A stretch of 64,000 bases of DNA from Patescibacteria group bacterium (GTDB lineage: Bacteria > Patescibacteriota > Microgenomatia > UBA8517): NCBI GenBank assembly GCA_018823885.1, contig JAHJHG010000009.1:151751-215750 (forward strand). The letters are read 5' to 3'. Position numbers and translations under genes: made by a program. Below, piece by piece: positions 49,091 to 58,752 of this stretch. Under the pieces are notes generated by a model. The model was not told where the DNA came from, did not search any database, and saw only the letters and a program-made list of their open reading frames with translations. Each line of letters begins with the position of its first letter. The stretch's first letter is position 1.

Positions 49091-50274
49091 AAAAAATTAA
49101 CCCCAAGAGGTTGTTCTTCGCAATTCTATTCTCGCTCCTATTAGCAGCGGGACTCTTTAAGGTTGGCTCCCATTTTGTTGTAGCTCAAACACCAGACGAG
49201 AAATTACAAGAACTGAATGATCAAATCAAGCAATATGAAGCCGAGCTTTCTCGTCTGAAAAGCCAATCAAATACTTTATCTAATCAGATTGCCCAATTTG
49301 ATGCCCAGATTAGGCTAACAACCCTTAAGATTCAGGAAACCCAAGAAAAAATATTATTACTTGGTGGCAGGATTGATCAACTCGAGGTTTCATTAGAAGC
49401 TTTAACCGAAGCTTTTTCTACTCGAGCCACAGAGATTTACAAGATGACTCGGTTGGGGGATTCTTTAATTTTACTTATCACTGCCTCTGATTTGAATGAA
49501 GCAGTATCCAGATATTATTACCTTCATAAAATTCAAGAGGCAGATAGGGATTTATTAGTAAGACTTCAAGAAGCACAAGATGTGTATGAAGAGGAAAAAG
49601 TGGACCAGGAGGATTTACATGCTCAGTTGGAACAACAAGGCCAAGTGTTGGGTGCCCAAAAAGCTGCTAAGGCTAATTTATTGGCTGTTACCAAAAATGA
49701 CGAGAAGAAATATCAAGATTTATTGTCTCAAGCGGTTGCACAGAAAAATGCGTTTTTAAGATTCGTTTCAGGACAAGGCGGGGCAAGTATCCTTGAAAAC
49801 CAAACTACTCACGATGACTGGGGTTATTATTACAACCAGCGGGATTCTCAATGGGGAAATAATTCTTTGGGCCTGAGTGGGCTCTCTGTTGCTAATTACG
49901 GGTGCTTAATTACTTCAGTTTCAATGATTGCCTCTCATCATGGAATAAATATTAAACCTTCAGACATTGCATCTAATCCGGATGCGTTTTTTGGTAGTAC
50001 CGCTTTTATGTTACACCAATATGAAGTGAATAATGTTGATGTCCGAGTACAGGTTCCCTCAGTGTCCATATTAGATAGTGAGTTGGCTGCAGGCAGGCCT
50101 GTGATAGCAGGTCTATATAACGAATATTCTCCTGAGCACTTTATCGTTATATTAAGAAAAGAAGGAGATCAATATATCATGCACGACCCTTTCTTGGAAA
50201 ACGGGGCTAACCGTCTATTAACAGACAGATATAATGTTTCAGACATAAAGACCTTGCGTCTTGTTAGTTTTTAA
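49087..50274 (+). CDS. Secreted coiled-coil protein (PcsB/CwlO-like) with C39-like peptidase domain
   Basis: Signal peptide, long coiled coil, then YYNQRD..W...GCLITS...HFIV...HDP. Confidence 0.8.
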   Translation: MKKINPKRLFFAILFSLLLAAGLFKVGSHFVVAQTPDEKLQELNDQIKQYEAELSRLKSQSNTLSNQIAQFDAQIRLTTLKIQETQEKILLLGGRIDQLEVSLEALTEAFSTRATEIYKMTRLGDSLILLITASDLNEAVSRYYYLHKIQEADRDLLVRLQEAQDVYEEEKVDQEDLHAQLEQQGQVLGAQKAAKANLLAVTKNDEKKYQDLLSQAVAQKNAFLRFVSGQGGASILENQTTHDDWGYYYNQRDSQWGNNSLGLSGLSVANYGCLITSVSMIASHHGINIKPSDIASNPDAFFGSTAFMLHQYEVNNVDVRVQVPSVSILDSELAAGRPVIAGLYNEYSPEHFIVILRKEGDQYIMHDPFLENGANRLLTDRYNVSDIKTLRLVSF

Positions 50275-50293
50275 GTAACACAAAACCTGCCTG

Positions 50294-51151
50294 ATGCGGA
50301 ACATAATATTCTTTTTTCTTATTTTTTTTGTTTTTACTTTTATCTTTACTTCTAAAGTTTCCGCACAGGTTGAAATAAAAATAAATGAAGTTTTGCCGAA
50401 TCCTTCTGGGGACGATAAAGAAGGTGAATGGATTGAAATATATAATTCTAGTGATACGCCTTTTGTAATCGATGGATATAAGCTTAGTGATAGAAACGAT
50501 AAACAAATTGTTCTATCTGGCTCCGTGGAAAAATGGTTGGTAATTTATCCAAAAGGGGAGAGTGGGTTTGCTGTTGCGAATAGCGACAGCACAACGATTA
50601 CATTACTTGGGCCAGATGATAGCGAAATAGATAAATTTATTTATGTAGGATCAAGCGAGGATAAAAGTTGGGGAAGGATTCCAGATGGGGGTGGAATAAA
50701 TTCCGAGAAACTGAATCCAACTCCTGGTGGAGCGAATGAAGCGCCACCAATTCCAACTCCCACTTCAAATCCCACACCAAATCCAACATCAACCCCTGTG
50801 CCAACCGAGAGTCCAACACCAAAACCTACAGTTTTAGCGGTTGCTACCAAAAGGCCGACAATAACTCCACGACCTGTTGTTAATAATAATGAAGGAGATG
50901 ACGGTGATTATGTATTGGGTTTGAGAGATGGGTTATCATCTCCTTCTCCAGATCCCGAAGAGGAGGTTGAGAAAAAATTTCCTTTTATGGCCGGCCTTTT
51001 TCTTGTTGGTGGTACAGGCTTAATTGGTATTGCTGGATACACCTTTATTAAAAATGGGAAGAAAGAATATAATAAAGACAGCAAAAAAAAGAGAAATGAT
51101 GGATTCAATAAAATTGAAATCAAAGGAAACGATAGCAAGGAAAGTTCTTAA
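50294..51151 (+). CDS. Lamin-tail-domain surface protein with Pro/Thr linker and C-terminal TM anchor
   Basis: INEVLPNP...EWIEIYN...SWGRIPDG...PTPG. Confidence 0.85.
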   Translation: MRNIIFFFLIFFVFTFIFTSKVSAQVEIKINEVLPNPSGDDKEGEWIEIYNSSDTPFVIDGYKLSDRNDKQIVLSGSVEKWLVIYPKGESGFAVANSDSTTITLLGPDDSEIDKFIYVGSSEDKSWGRIPDGGGINSEKLNPTPGGANEAPPIPTPTSNPTPNPTSTPVPTESPTPKPTVLAVATKRPTITPRPVVNNNEGDDGDYVLGLRDGLSSPSPDPEEEVEKKFPFMAGLFLVGGTGLIGIAGYTFIKNGKKEYNKDSKKKRNDGFNKIEIKGNDSKESS

Positions 51152-51545
51152 GTATTGGTTTCCAGTTGTTGTTTGGTCATTAGTTATCTTCTATTTCTCT
51201 TCTTTGCCGACTGCACCAATAACAAAAGTGTATTGGAGAGAATTTATTATTAAAAAATCGGCTCATGTTTTTGAATATGCGATATACGCCGCATTAATGT
51301 ACCGTGCGTTGAAAGAAAGTGGAGTTGAAAAAAGAGAAGCCGGTGTTTATTCAATTATATTGGCCATCGTATATGGAATTTCGGATGAGTTTCATCAATC
51401 TTTCACTCCAGGAAGGGATCCGCGATTGCGCGATATCATTTTTGATACAATAGGAGCTTCACTGGCTATCTATACAATATGGAAACTATTACCAACAGCG
51501 CCCAAGAAACTAAAGACTTGGGCAAAAAGACTGCAGTTAATTTAA
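51096..51545 (+). CDS. VanZ-like membrane protein
   Basis: KSAHVFEYA, SDEFHQSFTPGR...D...D. Confidence 0.88.
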   Translation: MMDSIKLKSKETIARKVLKYWFPVVVWSLVIFYFSSLPTAPITKVYWREFIIKKSAHVFEYAIYAALMYRALKESGVEKREAGVYSIILAIVYGISDEFHQSFTPGRDPRLRDIIFDTIGASLAIYTIWKLLPTAPKKLKTWAKRLQLI

Positions 51546-51904
51546 AGGGTGGCGAGACGTTAGCTCTAACAGGTGAGCTGGGTAGCGGAAAAACAACTTT
51601 CATTCAGGGATTGGCGGAAGGCTTTGGAATAAAAGGACGAATAATTTCTCCTACCTTCATACTGATGAGAAAGTATGTGGCTTCAAAGTTTGACTTTTAT
51701 CATATTGATTTTTATAGACTTGAAGATGGTTTGGAAAACGAAGTTAAAAACTTAGGAGTCGATGATACTTGGGGAAAGAATGATAATGTTGTTGCGATAG
51801 AGTGGGCGGAGAAGATTGAGAATGCCTTACCGCAGGAAGTTATTTGGATAAGGTTTGAAAATTTAGGCGAGGATAAAAGAAAAATATTGATTGAAGGTAT
51901 ATGA
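51479..51904 (+). CDS. tsaE: t6A biosynthesis ATPase TsaE
   Basis: GELGSGKTT, SPTF, HIDFYRL, IEW. Confidence 0.95.
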   Translation: METITNSAQETKDLGKKTAVNLKGGETLALTGELGSGKTTFIQGLAEGFGIKGRIISPTFILMRKYVASKFDFYHIDFYRLEDGLENEVKNLGVDDTWGKNDNVVAIEWAEKIENALPQEVIWIRFENLGEDKRKILIEGI

Positions 51905-52893
51905 AAAAAAAGATATTAGTAACAGGTGGAGCTGGATATATCGGGAGCTTCATTGTCCGGGAGCTTAAAAATGAGGGTTATGGCGTGGTTATTGTAGATA
52001 ATCTATCTCAAGGTCACAAGGAAGCCGTTCCGGGGTTTGAATTTCATAAAATTGATCTGGTAAGGGAAAAAATAAAACTAGAAACATTATTTAAAAAGAA
52101 TAAATTTGTTGGCGTCATTCATATGGCCAGTTTTATTCAAATGGGCGAGTCATTTAAAAATCCAAATAAATATTTTCAGAATAATTTAATTGGGGTGATG
52201 AATTTACTGGACGTAATGTTAGAAAACAATGTTAATAAAATAGTTTTTTCTTCCTCCGCTGGTGTCTATGGTAGCCCCAAAAAATTGCCTATCAAAGAAG
52301 ATGATCCTAAAAACCCTGAAAATCCGTATGGAGAAACAAAGTTGATGATCGAAGACATTCTTCGCTGGTTTGATAAAGCATATGATTTTAAATCCGTGAG
52401 CATTAGATATTTTAATGCAGCTGGCGCAGCTTTGGACGGATCAATTGGAGAAGCACATCCAAATGAGAGCCACATTATTCCTTTAATATTAAAGGCAGTT
52501 CTTGCAGGAAGAGAGTTTACTCTTTTTGGCGATGATTATGATACTCCGGATGGCACTTGTGTTAGAGATTATGTTCATGTTTTAGACTTAGCAAAAGCAC
52601 ATACGGCGGCTATTCAATATTTAATTAATGGAGGAAAAACTAATCAATATAATGCCGGGACAGGAGGGGGTTACTCAAACAAAGAAATTGTTGAGGAAGT
52701 TAAGAAAGTGGCTGGAGATTTCAAAGTCAAAATGGGGCCACGCAGACCAGGAGATGCCGATACTTTATATGCTTCAATAGATAAAATTAAAAAAGATTTA
52801 GGTTGGGAGCCAAAATATAAACTAAAGGATATAATCAAGACTGCTTACAAGTGGCACAAAAGCCATCCAGATGGCTACAAAGGTAAAAAATGA
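51901..52893 (+). CDS. galE: UDP-glucose 4-epimerase
   Basis: TGGAGYIGS, YGETK, RYFNAAG, DGTCVRDYVHV. Confidence 0.95.
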   Translation: MKKKILVTGGAGYIGSFIVRELKNEGYGVVIVDNLSQGHKEAVPGFEFHKIDLVREKIKLETLFKKNKFVGVIHMASFIQMGESFKNPNKYFQNNLIGVMNLLDVMLENNVNKIVFSSSAGVYGSPKKLPIKEDDPKNPENPYGETKLMIEDILRWFDKAYDFKSVSIRYFNAAGAALDGSIGEAHPNESHIIPLILKAVLAGREFTLFGDDYDTPDGTCVRDYVHVLDLAKAHTAAIQYLINGGKTNQYNAGTGGGYSNKEIVEEVKKVAGDFKVKMGPRRPGDADTLYASIDKIKKDLGWEPKYKLKDIIKTAYKWHKSHPDGYKGKK

Positions 52894-53198
52894 AACTATA
52901 TATAGACACATCGGACGGTAAAAAAATAATAGTTGGTGTTGATGATGAGAAGTTTGAAACAGAAGCAAGGAAGGAGAAGTCTCAAAAACTTCTTCCTTTT
53001 ATAGATGAACTTTTAAAGAAGCAAGGAAAGAAAATAAAAGATATAACGGAAATAGAGGTTAATACGGGACCAGGGTCTTACACTGGCCTAAGAGTAGGAG
53101 TATCGGTTGCTAACGCGATTGGGTGGGCCTTAGATATCCCTGTCAACGGTAAGGATATAAAAAAGGGTGATACGGTAGAAATAAAATACGAAACTTAA
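52890..53198 (+). CDS. tsaB: TsaB, N-terminal half only
   Basis: LYIDTS, GPGSYTGLRVG; 102 aa. Confidence 0.88.
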   Translation: MKLYIDTSDGKKIIVGVDDEKFETEARKEKSQKLLPFIDELLKKQGKKIKDITEIEVNTGPGSYTGLRVGVSVANAIGWALDIPVNGKDIKKGDTVEIKYET

Positions 53199-53271
53199 TA
53201 ATAGGCTCCGTGAGTGGATTACGTTGACAAGTACCATAAGACAGTGTATACAGAGGGCACTACTCAATATA

Positions 53272-56200
53272 ATGTCTGACAAGATTTTATTTAAAATATT
53301 GTCTGCTGTGGCTTGTGTCTCATTGCTTCTTAATTCTTTTTTGGGAATTTTATTATACCCACAAACCATTTTTGCTGAAGAGGTAATCGAGAGTACAGAA
53401 TTGGAATTGATTGAAGAGGTGGTGTCAACTCCTGAGGCAAACCCGACGTCGTTACCAGCTTCTGACACAGATGAAATAGAAAAAGAATTACCTGAAACAT
53501 TAGAGGTAGAATTAGAGGAAAGCCCTGTGGTGGAAGAATCAGCTAGTTTGGTAGTTTCACTTTGGATTGAAAACGAAGATGGTTCAGTTACTACCAGTTC
53601 AACAGTTGGTGAAGGGGTGGAGTACTATTATAAAGATACTCAAACAAAAGTTGTTTTTACAAAACTTACAGAACCCGGTTACTTAACTATTAGAGAATTT
53701 GATCCTGAGGATGCTGAAGAATTAGGAATTTTAGGAAAGGCCTACGAAATCACTTCCGATATGCAGAATGGCACTTTCCTATATGATTTGACGCTTCCTC
53801 TTTCTGAAGAAGTGGGGGATGATTTTGAAATTAAATATGCCGAGAATGGAGATAGTTTAGATAATGCGCAAGTTGTTGAAGAACTCAAAGAGGAAAATGA
53901 GAATACAGTAACAATACGAGGATTAGACCATTTTACTGTTTTTATTGTTACCGATGATGAAGCAGATTATGATGGCGGGACATGGATAGATTACGCTACA
54001 CAAGGTTATTATAGTGACGGCGTTCATTATCCACTTACGGTTCCGGTTGGGCAAACTGCAACCTGGACTTTTTCTGGGATCACACCAGGAATTTACTCTG
54101 TCTATATTAGCTGGTCAACTGATATTAACAGAACTACAGCAGCGCCTTATACCCTTAATTATAGTGGCAGCTCAACATCTTTTGAGATAAATCAAGAATT
54201 ACTTGCAGATCAATCAACTGTAGGGGGAGTGGGTGAATGGTCCGGCTGGTATTCTCTAGGGGAATACTCTTTAGATACTAGCTCAACACTTGTTTTAGCT
54301 TCGGTTGAGAACTCTTCCGAATTGGATTATGTAATTGCTGATGAAATTTTAATAAGCCAAGCACCGGTTATTGTTTCTCCTTTAAATAATTCTTTTCTTA
54401 AAACATCTGAATTACTAAAAATAGATTGGACAGACTCAGTTGGGAATGGACCTTTTACCTATCGATATCAAGCATTTTCTGATGAAGGTTATTTAGTAAA
54501 TCGGTATGGACCGACTGCCTGGTTTTCTGGCTCTGAAATACCGACTCCAAATACTCCAGAGGGTGTCTACTATGTTCAGATTCAGGCTAAGGATGCAAAT
54601 GGAAATGAGACTGATTGGAGCAATGGAGCGGGTGATCCTTATAAAATCACCGTTGACAATACTGCCCCGTTAATTACTTGGGATATGCCGATTGATGGCT
54701 CAACTCATAATGGGGCAATACATTTGAAAGCTCTTTGTAATGAAAATTGTGATTATGTGAATTTCTGGTGGAGAGAAGAAAGTGAAACATACAGTTCATC
54801 ATTAAAACGATACCACTATGTTTATGTAGATGGAACAGAATTTGAGTGGGACCTGAATACGCTGAATGCTGAAAGGGCGGACGGCACATTTTATCAAATG
54901 ACAGATGGGACATATTACCTATATGCGGCTGGAAAAGATATCGCAGGAAATTGGGCCAGAACGCCGGATATTCAAATTATTGTTGACAATACGGCTCCGA
55001 CAGCTGATTTAATTTTCCCGATTCCAGGAGCTTCTTCCACTTCTTTTGAGGTAACTTTTAGTGAAAATGTTGTTGTTAGTGAAGCAGAAAATCCTGCTAA
55101 CTACTTTTTGAATAATTGGCCTGGAGCTGGAGGATCAGGAGATCTCTCTGGAGATGTATCAATTGTTTATGATTCTTCAACAAAAACATCGACAATTATA
55201 TTTATGAATTCTTCGTGGTATATTTCAGCCGAACAAGAATGGGGTGTGCAGAATATTCACGATCTAGCGGGTAATTTGTTAAGTCCAAATCCTACGATCG
55301 AAACTTCGACACCAATGATTAATCCCGATATTCCTGGGTTACCAGTTACCCTACCCAATCCTACTAATAATATTAGCCAAACTTGGAATTGGATGCCATC
55401 AATTGACCCGGGAGGAGTTTTTGCTTCTGGGATAAAAGGATATTATTCACGAATTTATGATTCATTATTAAGTGGTTTTTCGGGTGATTGGGTTTATATA
55501 GGAAATGTTTTAGGAACAATAACAAATCTAAATGAAGGAAGCTGGAAATTCTATCTTAAATCCGAAGATAGAGCTGGCAATCAAAGTGGAGAAGTTGAAT
55601 CTGAAAACTTAGTGATAGATACCACTGCTCCAGCCATGCCGACTGGCCTCAAATTTCAATCACAAAACAGGACACAAAATTTTGCTTGTGGCGCGACCGT
55701 TCCACTGCAAGTTGCTATTCCGGACTGGGATGATATAACAGGGGATCCAACATTTTCTCATTATGAATACACTTCTTTTCACCCCAACGGAAGTATTGGA
55801 TTAAATGAGCAAGTTTTGACTGTATCCGAACTCAATAATTCATGGATGCCGCCGGCAGATGGTGCATATGGATACGCTGTTAGATCGGTGGATTTTGCAG
55901 GCAATAAATCAGATTGGGCACTTTCAGCAAAAACATTGGCGGGAAGTTGTCGGATAATTTATGATTCGACAGCTCCTACTAAGCCTGTATTTACTGCACC
56001 GGCAAATAATCTTTTCACAAATGTAAACTTTGTTACCTTAACCTGGTCTGAAGGTGATGATACAGGGATAATTCAATCAGGGATTAAGGGGTATACAATC
56101 CGTTACGATTTTGTTCCTATGGGTGGCGGATTTACAATTGCTTGGACTTCTAATCTCATAGCAAATGGTAATCCCAAAACACACAGTGGTATTTATGGAC

Positions 56201-57165
56201 ATGGACAAGGCACATATACTATCTATGTTTCCACGACAGACAATGCGGGAAACGTCAGTGCTGAGAGCAATCCTCTAACTCTGAACTATGATGCAACGGC
56301 TCCCGTTGTTACATGGACCAGTCCAGCCGAAGGCGTTGTCATTTCAGGTTCGACAGTTGTTGGTACTGATGCCACTGACAGTTTCTCTGGTGTTAAGTCT
56401 GTAACCTATTCTTATCAAAAAGTAGGTGAAGGTACCTGGTCTGCACTAGATATCAAAACAAGTTTTCCCTATGAGACCATTTGGGACACAACTGGTCTTC
56501 CACTTGGCGATTACACTTTAAGAGCTATTGCTGAAGATAATGCTGGTAACAACAGCACAGAAATATTCCGCTCTGTTGGTGTTGCTGCTGTTATCTCAGG
56601 TGAATTTTGGAGTCGGCCAGGATGGGGTGAAATTACTATTAATTGGACCACAGACAGACCAACTGATGGCAGAGTTGTATATGACACAGTAAGTCATCCA
56701 ATTAACCTTACTCATCCTAATTATGGATATGCCAACACCAGTGGTACAGTTGATACTTCTCCAAAAACTTTAAGTCACACAGTAATTCTATCTGGACTTT
56801 CAAATGGGGTGACATATTATTGGCGTACCGTTTCCGCTGGATCACCGACGGCAATTAGCGCCGAACGTAGAGGTGATACCTTCAGTATTCCAGGAGGAAG
56901 CACAGGCGGAGGAGGAACTGTGGTTGGGCTAGCCACAAGCACAACACCCTTTGCTTATGATGCATTTGAAGTAATTACCGCCACAGAAGAAGAGAATTCT
57001 GGAGATATACTAGGAGAAGAAGCAGAGATTGTTACAGAAGAGCCCGAAACAGCCTTTAATGAAGCCGTAGACACTTTAACAAGGACGACTAAGGGTAGAA
57101 TTGCAGCTATTGGTGCTTTTGTGATTGGTTTAATTCTTTTCTTCTTCACTAGGCGCAGGCGTTAA
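53272..57165 (+). CDS. Large cell-surface protein with Ig/FN3-like repeats and C-terminal membrane anchor
   Basis: Signal peptide, repeated D.AGN...DxTAP modules, C-terminal TM followed by RRRR. Confidence 0.88.
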   Translation: MSDKILFKILSAVACVSLLLNSFLGILLYPQTIFAEEVIESTELELIEEVVSTPEANPTSLPASDTDEIEKELPETLEVELEESPVVEESASLVVSLWIENEDGSVTTSSTVGEGVEYYYKDTQTKVVFTKLTEPGYLTIREFDPEDAEELGILGKAYEITSDMQNGTFLYDLTLPLSEEVGDDFEIKYAENGDSLDNAQVVEELKEENENTVTIRGLDHFTVFIVTDDEADYDGGTWIDYATQGYYSDGVHYPLTVPVGQTATWTFSGITPGIYSVYISWSTDINRTTAAPYTLNYSGSSTSFEINQELLADQSTVGGVGEWSGWYSLGEYSLDTSSTLVLASVENSSELDYVIADEILISQAPVIVSPLNNSFLKTSELLKIDWTDSVGNGPFTYRYQAFSDEGYLVNRYGPTAWFSGSEIPTPNTPEGVYYVQIQAKDANGNETDWSNGAGDPYKITVDNTAPLITWDMPIDGSTHNGAIHLKALCNENCDYVNFWWREESETYSSSLKRYHYVYVDGTEFEWDLNTLNAERADGTFYQMTDGTYYLYAAGKDIAGNWARTPDIQIIVDNTAPTADLIFPIPGASSTSFEVTFSENVVVSEAENPANYFLNNWPGAGGSGDLSGDVSIVYDSSTKTSTIIFMNSSWYISAEQEWGVQNIHDLAGNLLSPNPTIETSTPMINPDIPGLPVTLPNPTNNISQTWNWMPSIDPGGVFASGIKGYYSRIYDSLLSGFSGDWVYIGNVLGTITNLNEGSWKFYLKSEDRAGNQSGEVESENLVIDTTAPAMPTGLKFQSQNRTQNFACGATVPLQVAIPDWDDITGDPTFSHYEYTSFHPNGSIGLNEQVLTVSELNNSWMPPADGAYGYAVRSVDFAGNKSDWALSAKTLAGSCRIIYDSTAPTKPVFTAPANNLFTNVNFVTLTWSEGDDTGIIQSGIKGYTIRYDFVPMGGGFTIAWTSNLIANGNPKTHSGIYGHGQGTYTIYVSTTDNAGNVSAESNPLTLNYDATAPVVTWTSPAEGVVISGSTVVGTDATDSFSGVKSVTYSYQKVGEGTWSALDIKTSFPYETIWDTTGLPLGDYTLRAIAEDNAGNNSTEIFRSVGVAAVISGEFWSRPGWGEITINWTTDRPTDGRVVYDTVSHPINLTHPNYGYANTSGTVDTSPKTLSHTVILSGLSNGVTYYWRTVSAGSPTAISAERRGDTFSIPGGSTGGGGTVVGLATSTTPFAYDAFEVITATEEENSGDILGEEAEIVTEEPETAFNEAVDTLTRTTKGRIAAIGAFVIGLILFFFTRRRR

Positions 57166-57239
57166 TTTTTTCAACTTGCATGTAGAACGATTCTAAAGAA
57201 GTCGAAAGAGCAGGTAAAAAGTATAGCTAACCCTCAAAA

Positions 57240-57269
57240 TTGACAACAAATTCTATTATGGGATATAAT
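57240..57269 (+). promoter_or_regulatory. Consensus sigma-70 promoter, duplicated at 58648-58677
   Basis: TTGACA-N18-TATAAT; 28/30 nt identical to the second copy. Confidence 0.85.
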
Positions 57270-57346
57270 GTCGTGTTCATTAACAACTTGCGGAAAAGGT
57301 TGTTGTCAATAATCCGAGTAGTCACACACAAGACAAGGAGGAAACC

Positions 57347-58369
57347 ATGTCTGATAGAGGACCCAACTGGGTTGATTATGCAAATTTGGGAGCCAATATT
57401 GTTCAAGCAGGTCAGTTGGCGGGAGTGCGCGACAGGCTTAGTGAGTTGGCCCGCATAGAGACAAATCGAGAGAGACGGATTCAACTCGAAAACGAACTAA
57501 GGCAGTTTATCTTCGAGATAGAAGAGGGGATTGAACGTCTCACGGGTTATCTCCAAGAGGCACCTTTGGGTGTTTATATTACGGCGCACATACTAGAAAA
57601 TATTTTTGATGAAGTGGGCGTCGAGCCGGCTACTTTCCAGCAGTTTACGGATAAGGACCGAGTTAAGCAGGTTCGAGCAGCAAATTCCCTGATAACGGAA
57701 AATGCAGCAAATGAGTTAAGTGAAAAAGAAGTTGAAAAAGTGCGTTTTCACTTAAAACTCTCTGATCGTTTTTCTGATCTCGACTTGTTAATTTCTCATC
57801 TTAAGGCTTCCCAAAAACTACCAGATATGAAAAAGAAGTTGGAGAAACTTTCCGATGAAAAAAACAGAGGTGTGAAATATTGGGTATTGCTTATAATAGG
57901 GGGATTTCTTGTTCCGCTATTTGCACTTGATTATTTAGGTCCCAATGTCCTGTGTTGGATTGGTTTGATAGAAGTAATAGGGTTTGCTGGTCTACTCTAC
58001 TCGTCGTCGTCGGAAGAGTATAGAAAAGTAAAAAACGAGGGGGAAGAACTTCGAAAAAAGATTCTTTCATCAGAGAAACTTCATGTACTCTATGAGGTTT
58101 TTGGCGAAGGCTTAACGATCTCCCAATACGAAGAGATAGAGAAAGAGACGAGGGATTACATAGGCCAAGCAACAGAGAAGGATAAGGATGGGAATTCTCT
58201 CCCTAAGTCTTTGTTCGAATTAACATTTCCACCACAGATATTTGAGCCGGAAAAAAGCTTGGACAAAGTAGTACATACCCGTGAAAATTGGTTATGTCCC
58301 AAATGTGGTGGTGGTAACCCCGGCAATCGAACAACTTGTTTGGGTTGTAACACCGAGAGAAGATGGTGA
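57347..58369 (+). CDS. Coiled-coil 2-TM protein with C-terminal RanBP2-type zinc finger (paralog 1)
   Basis: AGGAGG RBS; WLCPKCGGGNPGNRTTCLGC fits W-x-C-x2-C-x3-N-x6-C-x2-C. Confidence 0.85.
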   Translation: MSDRGPNWVDYANLGANIVQAGQLAGVRDRLSELARIETNRERRIQLENELRQFIFEIEEGIERLTGYLQEAPLGVYITAHILENIFDEVGVEPATFQQFTDKDRVKQVRAANSLITENAANELSEKEVEKVRFHLKLSDRFSDLDLLISHLKASQKLPDMKKKLEKLSDEKNRGVKYWVLLIIGGFLVPLFALDYLGPNVLCWIGLIEVIGFAGLLYSSSSEEYRKVKNEGEELRKKILSSEKLHVLYEVFGEGLTISQYEEIEKETRDYIGQATEKDKDGNSLPKSLFELTFPPQIFEPEKSLDKVVHTRENWLCPKCGGGNPGNRTTCLGCNTERRW

Positions 58370-58452
58370 GGGATTTAAACGAGATGAATGGGAAAATGTT
58401 TATTTTGATTATTCCGTCACCAGATAGAGAAAGTAACTTTCCGCAAGATTTA

Positions 58453-58537
58453 AGCCCTCCAATCGTAAGAAGATTGCCTTACTGTTGCACACTTTGTGTG
58501 TTATTACAGATAGGTAATTGAGATTGGAGGGTTTTTT
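58453..58537 (+). terminator. Long-stem intrinsic terminator
   Basis: CCCTCCAATC/GATTGGAGGG closes an extended stem, followed by T6. Confidence 0.75.
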
Positions 58538-58647
58538 ATTTGGATTACTTTTATGAACCACTAGCGCTCAATAATTATTTCTTCAGCTTATAGATAAACA
58601 AACATAGAGAGATCTTAAAGATGAGCAAGAAGGGTAAAAGCTCTAAA

Positions 58648-58677
58648 TTGACAACAAATTCTGTTATAGGATATAAT
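58648..58677 (+). promoter_or_regulatory. Consensus sigma-70 promoter, second copy
   Basis: TTGACA-N18-TATAAT. Confidence 0.85.
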
Positions 58678-58752
58678 ACAACGTTCTTTAAAACTTGCGG
58701 AAAAGATTCGATCCGAATACGCGGAAAGCCCATATTAAAAAGGAGAAAGCCA

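Noticed and set aside
50741-50830. Short CCAAC-type repeats
   Set aside because: They encode the Pro/Thr linker of the lamin-tail protein.
58621-58752. 44-aa N-terminal extension of paralog 2, and ORF 57240..57458
   Set aside because: These read through the duplicated promoter/leader; paralog alignment and RBS place the start at 58753.
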